A stretch of 64,000 bases of DNA from Lachnospiraceae bacterium (GTDB lineage Bacteria > Bacillota_I > Bacilli_A > RFN20 > CAG-826): NCBI GenBank assembly GCA_963657245.1, contig CAVKLJ010000002.1, forward strand, positions 59,801-123,800, in the 5' to 3' direction. The notes under the pieces are model-generated. The model was not told the DNA's origin. It saw only the letters and a list, made by a program, of their open reading frames with translations, and did not search any database. Numbering within the stretch: position 1 is the first letter of the stretch; each line of letters starts with the position of its first letter. A program made the position numbers and the translations under genes. Of the stretch, positions 59,767-64,000 are shown piece after piece.

Positions 59767-60909
59767 ATGAAAAGTCTGATATTGTTGTCACTTGTTTCAT
59801 CTGTGACAACCAGCCTTTTCCCTACATCTTCTGAAAAGACAAAAAACAGAGTTGATAATTATGAATATGAATTCTGTTCCGAAAAAAAGTTCGACAAAAC
59901 GAATGGAGATGAATTTGAAATTCTTGATTTTGGGTCTGGAGGAAGGTCTGGTTCTAGTTCTACTGACATTCATGGCAACACTAAAATCGAAAAAGAAAGT
60001 TCGCTTGATCAAACGTTAATTCCGGATAATGTTGGATCATCAAATTGTGAAGCAATCTCTTACAATGACTCAAGGGAAAATAACGATGACTTCGAGACGG
60101 CGACAAACGTTTATTCTGTAGGTCACTGGGAAGAGGGAATTTACCAACATTCCGCGTGGCTTGATGCAACCATTAGTCAAAAAACTAAGGGTTGGTGGCT
60201 TTGGGAAGAAAAATACATAGATAAAGATGTTTATTCGTTCGATGCTTGCACATATGGTACTTTGACTGTTACGCTTTCTAATATACCTACGAATTGTGAT
60301 TATGATTTACGTGCTTATCGTTTAGAGGATGGGACTGATGCTAAAGCGTCGAGCTTAAGTTTTGATAAATACATTGCGATAAGTAACAATTCTTCTAACA
60401 CATCAGAAAAAATAATTTTGTCCGTAAAACCGGGAACCTATTATTTTTATGTATATTCTTATCAAGAAAAAACATATGATAACGACAATCCTTATCATCT
60501 TCTTTTTGAAGAGCTTGTAGACGAATCAAGGGCAAACACACATTACAATATCACCGAAGGAAAGTCTAAAGGCGATATTGGCGCAATATGGGTTTCAGAC
60601 TACAAACCTTTGGGATATACACCGGTAACGTTAAAAAATAGCGACGCTAAGGTATCATTTAGTAATTACAATGATTATCCATATATTCGTGATTTAGCCA
60701 ACAAATATAACGGCGATGATTATATAAACTACGCTGTCATTTATGTTTGGGATTTGCAATTGAAAGCTGCGATATCAGCAATGGCCGGATTGCTTGTTCA
60801 ACAAATTGAGAAAACTACTGATTGGGAGGATTATACTCAAAGAAACGTATCAATATGGATAAATGGGCTGCCCTTGCTTTATCTGTGGCTGGAGTTATCA
60901 TTGGATTAA
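59767..60909 (+). CDS. secreted protein with a PPC (bacterial pre-peptidase C-terminal)-like domain
   Basis: Signal peptide MKSLILLSLVSSVTTSLF. Domain pattern ENNDDFETATNV...DACTYGTLTVTLS...CDYDLRAYRLEDG...GTYYFYVYSY...YHLLF. The 3' end overlaps the next ORF in another frame, so the end coordinate is uncertain. Confidence 0.5.
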   Translation: MKSLILLSLVSSVTTSLFPTSSEKTKNRVDNYEYEFCSEKKFDKTNGDEFEILDFGSGGRSGSSSTDIHGNTKIEKESSLDQTLIPDNVGSSNCEAISYNDSRENNDDFETATNVYSVGHWEEGIYQHSAWLDATISQKTKGWWLWEEKYIDKDVYSFDACTYGTLTVTLSNIPTNCDYDLRAYRLEDGTDAKASSLSFDKYIAISNNSSNTSEKIILSVKPGTYYFYVYSYQEKTYDNDNPYHLLFEELVDESRANTHYNITEGKSKGDIGAIWVSDYKPLGYTPVTLKNSDAKVSFSNYNDYPYIRDLANKYNGDDYINYAVIYVWDLQLKAAISAMAGLLVQQIEKTTDWEDYTQRNVSIWINGLPLLYLWLELSLD

Positions 60910-61322
60910 TTGCGTTTCCTGAAGGCGAGGCTGCAGCTCTTACTTTACTTGCAACGGCTGGCATTGAAGTTGGGGTGGACTCTTCGGTTATCTCGTTCGC
61001 TTCTTTTATAGCATCGTTTCAGACTTCTCCTGAATTTAATATCAGCAAAAAAGATCTTCTTTCCTATTTAATTTCTGTGCAACAGTCTTTTGCCGTTGGA
61101 AAGGGAAGCAATACTGATGAAGTTAAAATTCTAAGATACAGATATCGTTTTGAAAATTCTGGTAGTGATCATTACTTGAACTGGCCACCATTTTATTTGG
61201 CTTCTGACTATAATTTTTATAACGATGATAACATTTCGTTCCAAATAAAACATTCCGGAATTGATGGAACAGTTAAAGGATTCAAAAAATATGACGATGT
61301 CAAAGATTTTTTTGAACAATAA
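60855..61322 (+). CDS. hypothetical protein with an N-terminal signal-anchor (MDKWAALALSVAGVIIGLIAFPEG); possibly the frameshifted 3' part of the preceding gene
   Basis: The ORF-track start at 60822 is a TTG. ATG 60855 lacks a clear SD. It overlaps 59767..60909 by 55-88 nt. Confidence 0.3.
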   Translation: MDKWAALALSVAGVIIGLIAFPEGEAAALTLLATAGIEVGVDSSVISFASFIASFQTSPEFNISKKDLLSYLISVQQSFAVGKGSNTDEVKILRYRYRFENSGSDHYLNWPPFYLASDYNFYNDDNISFQIKHSGIDGTVKGFKKYDDVKDFFEQ

Positions 61323-61331
61323 TGAATATCT

Positions 61332-61796
61332 ATGGAACAATTCGAATACTATTTGAGCAATGGCAAACACCTTAAACTATGGCATTTGAAAAATTGGTGG
61401 TTTTTTAGTGGAATTATTGTTTTAATGATTCTCGCCGCAGTTGACGTTTTGTATTTTGTTCTTTTTAAAAAGCTAGAATTAACGTTCTTCTTGTTTTTTC
61501 TTATTACGATTTTGCTTTGCCTACAATTGATACTTTTCTTTGCTGCCCGCGTAGGCGGAAATCGAATTTATGGTAATGTTAGGGTAATAAAACAAGACGA
61601 TGGGAGAATTAAATTCGAATCAGAATACAAAGGAAATATGATTGGAAAGACAATGAATCCAAAGAGAATATCGAATTTTCACAGTGCAATCCTTGTTTAT
61701 GAAAGTTGGAGAAATTATCTTTTTGTACCCAAAGAGGCGGAATCAAAATTAAAGGAGATGCTTAGTGATAAGGGGGGAATAATAGGATCCATGTAA
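61332..61796 (+). CDS. small membrane protein, unknown function (two N-terminal TM helices plus a cytoplasmic domain)
   Basis: Hydrophobic N-terminal half (FFSGIIVLMILAAVDVLYFVLF...). No motif recognised. Confidence 0.4.
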   Translation: MEQFEYYLSNGKHLKLWHLKNWWFFSGIIVLMILAAVDVLYFVLFKKLELTFFLFFLITILLCLQLILFFAARVGGNRIYGNVRVIKQDDGRIKFESEYKGNMIGKTMNPKRISNFHSAILVYESWRNYLFVPKEAESKLKEMLSDKGGIIGSM

Positions 61797-61807
61797 ATCT
61801 TTTCTTA

Positions 61808-61833
61808 AGCCTCGCCAAATACGGGGCTTTTTG
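61808..61833 (+). terminator. rho-independent terminator
   Basis: AGCCTCG-loop-CGGGGCT followed by TTTTTG. Confidence 0.55.
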
Positions 61834-61888
61834 TATTCCTTTGAATTTATTTCTTTCAATTTTTGGTGAATAAAGTATATTAATTTCT

Positions 61889-63256
61889 ATGGAAAATGAA
61901 GAATTATTAAAAACAACGCCAGTATCTAAGAGAGCATTCGCTTTTATCATCGATTTCTTACTGGCCTTTATCTTAGGAACAATCCTAAATTCGTTTGTAA
62001 CTGGCGTTTATTGCTTTGACGCTTTCGGAGGAAATACGATTCAACAAGAATACTATTCCTTTGCTAAAGCTTCAGGACTTGTAAACACCACTGAGGATAA
62101 TGGAAAAATCACCTCAATCTATTTATATGGCTATAAGCCAAATGGATCATCTGATTCCTCTAACTCTAATTATGTTCCAACTCCTACAGGAGAATTGGCA
62201 TACATTGCTTATTTAGATAAGGTTTGGAACTATTACACGGTTTTCTTCCCAACAGATTCCCGCATGGTTCAACCTGAAGGATATACATATTCTGCAAACG
62301 AATTAGATTCCTATAAGACTTACGTTTATCAAACGGTCTTTGCCTTGCCAAATCCTAGCGAAGTTCAAGAAAAAACTGATGTTACCTTATATTCATCTGA
62401 TTCTAACCATCCATATTTCCAATATGCGACAAATGAAGATGGAACGCCTAACTTAACTGTTAAGCCAGTCTTAAGAAGCGAGATTCAAGCAAAAGTGGAT
62501 CTTAAGGAAGAGACAACTCTTACAAACCTCCGTAACTATTTCTTGAATATCAGCGATTCAGGAACGGTCTCTGGTGGAATCTATTACAATGCCGCCTTAC
62601 ATATGGAGGGGCAAAATAATTCCGGGCAAACATATTTTTCCTCTCATTACCGCCAAGTTTCCACAATCTCTTGGGAATGCTCGCTTATCGCGATGATGCC
62701 TACCTTCTTTGTTTTCTTCTATTTGATCCCTGCTTGCGATAAGAAAGGAAGAACTATTGGTAAATATGCCTTCGGACTTATTACGGTTCATCAAGATGGC
62801 TTATATATGTCTCCAACACAAAGATTCCTTAGACCTCTATATATGTTCGTTCTTTCTTGCCTAACCTTAATTCCAAATTCTTCAATTAGTTTGATTATCT
62901 TTGGTGCTGTAGCCTTAGTGGACTTTGGTTTCTATGCCTTATCTAGAAATGGCCAAGGTTGTTTACATGATAGACTCTTTAAGACCACGGTAGTCCTAAG
63001 AAAGGGTAGCAAACTCTTCCACGATTACGATGAGAAAGAAATCTATCTTGCTAAGAACGTCAAAACAACTTATACAAAGAAAGAAGAAAGCTTTGGAGTG
63101 GATTCAGTCGTAGATTTATCAACGATTTCTAAAGCGCAAGAAGAGGCAAAACAAATCACCTCATTCGATGAATTCGAAAAAGAAAAGACTCTTGAGCAAC
63201 ATAAGATTGAATCGGAAACACCTGAAAATCAGGTTAACCTCACTAAAGAAGAATAA
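61889..63256 (+). CDS. RDD-family membrane protein with a large extracytoplasmic insertion
   Basis: N-terminal RDD-like start (KRAFAFIIDFLLAFILG). A later TM block contains CDKKGRTIGKYAFGLITV, and the RDD-family features Arg/Asp are present. A roughly 250-aa hydrophilic Ser/Thr/Asn-rich insertion lies between the TM blocks. Confidence 0.5.
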   Translation: MENEELLKTTPVSKRAFAFIIDFLLAFILGTILNSFVTGVYCFDAFGGNTIQQEYYSFAKASGLVNTTEDNGKITSIYLYGYKPNGSSDSSNSNYVPTPTGELAYIAYLDKVWNYYTVFFPTDSRMVQPEGYTYSANELDSYKTYVYQTVFALPNPSEVQEKTDVTLYSSDSNHPYFQYATNEDGTPNLTVKPVLRSEIQAKVDLKEETTLTNLRNYFLNISDSGTVSGGIYYNAALHMEGQNNSGQTYFSSHYRQVSTISWECSLIAMMPTFFVFFYLIPACDKKGRTIGKYAFGLITVHQDGLYMSPTQRFLRPLYMFVLSCLTLIPNSSISLIIFGAVALVDFGFYALSRNGQGCLHDRLFKTTVVLRKGSKLFHDYDEKEIYLAKNVKTTYTKKEESFGVDSVVDLSTISKAQEEAKQITSFDEFEKEKTLEQHKIESETPENQVNLTKEE

Positions 63257-63259
63257 GCT

Positions 63260-63505
63260 CTACGGAGCTTTTTTCTTTGAAACATTCTTTTTCAAAAGAT
63301 ACAGATCATGTTTTCGATCATATTCAATTACATAGATAGAATTGGTTTCTTTGAGATATTTCCTAATGTCTTTAACGTATCTTTTGAATGTTTGCTCCGT
63401 TATCAATAATTCATCTAAAACGTCTACTTTCTTAATGGTCGTTTCTTTTAGAAATTTATCATACAAGTAGAGAATCACGAATGATTTAGAGAAAGTTCTT
63501 TTCAT
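63260..63505 (-). CDS. small HTH-like protein (DeoR/YafY-type N-terminal HTH only), possible regulator or gene remnant
   Basis: LDELLITEQTFKRYVKDIRKYL resembles an HTH_11/DeoR recognition helix. Only 81 aa, convergent with the RDD gene. Confidence 0.3.
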   Translation of the reverse strand: MKRTFSKSFVILYLYDKFLKETTIKKVDVLDELLITEQTFKRYVKDIRKYLKETNSIYVIEYDRKHDLYLLKKNVSKKKAP

Positions 63506-63750
63506 TAGGGATATTCTACAACTTATGAACTTATGAGGACAAAATGATTCTTTTAAACGAAATGTTTACATTTTCCATCTTCCTAAATTTTTACAATTGC
63601 TTACAATATTAACGGAAGAACACTCTTCCGATACATACATAAGCAAATGACACCCCCGTTTCTTAACTGAAATGAAAAATTAAAACATTTCTTTTCTGTT
63701 TAGTATACGCTGGGTGTTTTTTATTTTTGTTGGAATTAGAAAGGAACATT

Positions 63751-64000
63751 ATGAAAACAAAAAAACTCTGTTTGCTTGCCTTAGGTAGCATTCTTATGCT
63801 CACTGGTTGTAATATCGATAACAACCAAAGCTCCTCATCATCTTCAAGCGAGACTACGACAAGCAGCTCCTCAAGCGAATTTGGTGAGCAATACGAATCC
63901 ATCACCGTTGCTAAGGCCATTGAAATTGCCACAGCCCACTCTGAGGCGACAACCGAACGTTATTACATCGTTGGTACAATTACCGAAATTAAGGACTACA
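63751..64000 (+). CDS. lipoprotein (partial, runs off the window end)
   Basis: MKTKKLCLLALGSILMLTGC lipobox, followed by a poly-Ser/Thr linker. RBS GAAAGGAA. Confidence 0.55.
   Translation, partial: MKTKKLCLLALGSILMLTGCNIDNNQSSSSSSSETTTSSSSSEFGEQYESITVAKAIEIATAHSEATTERYYIVGTITEIKDY

Noticed and set aside
63663-63932. 89-aa minus-strand ORF overlapping the terminal lipoprotein gene
   Set aside because: It is antisense to an ORF with a clear RBS, signal peptide and lipobox. Spurious.

Overview
This is a low-GC chromosome segment from a Firmicutes or Mollicutes-related bacterium. It uses the standard genetic code: Trp is encoded by TGG and no in-frame TGA is needed. Many ribosomal proteins carry Lys/Ala-rich or acidic low-complexity extensions.

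Most of the window is core information-processing genes on the + strand. These are a queT-tgt-queA-queH queuosine salvage operon (14.1-17.6 kb), the complete S10-spc-alpha ribosomal protein cluster rpsJ through rplQ with secY, adk, map, infA, rpmJ and rpoA (17.9-33.0 kb), a cysS / mgtC-like / rlmB / sigH-position sigma factor / rpmG / secE / nusG block (34.6-39.2 kb), rplK-rplA-rplJ-rplL-methyltransferase-rpoB-rpoC (42.5-53.4 kb), and rpsL-rpsG-fusA-tuf (55.3-59.6 kb).

Accessory or variable material is interleaved with this core. There is a three-gene ABC importer whose ATPase carries a large coiled-coil insertion (0-5 kb). mscL, a RimK-like ATP-grasp gene, a gln-dependent NadE carrying an in-frame Phd/YefM-like N-terminal module, and several membrane or unknown proteins lie at 5-14 kb. 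A roughly 3 kb insertion between nusG and rplK encodes a secreted protein plus an ArsR/CadC-CadA metal efflux pair (39.2-42.3 kb). A GT2 processive glycosyltransferase with an internal insertion sits between rpoC and rpsL. A cluster of secreted or membrane hypotheticals follows tuf: a PPC-domain protein, an RDD protein and a lipoprotein.

I found no rRNA, tRNA, CRISPR array, transposase or integrase. The regulatory candidates I noticed are a preQ1-type riboswitch-like element upstream of queT, palindromic operators inside promoters, structured r-protein leaders, and a terminator-like hairpin in the rpsL leader.
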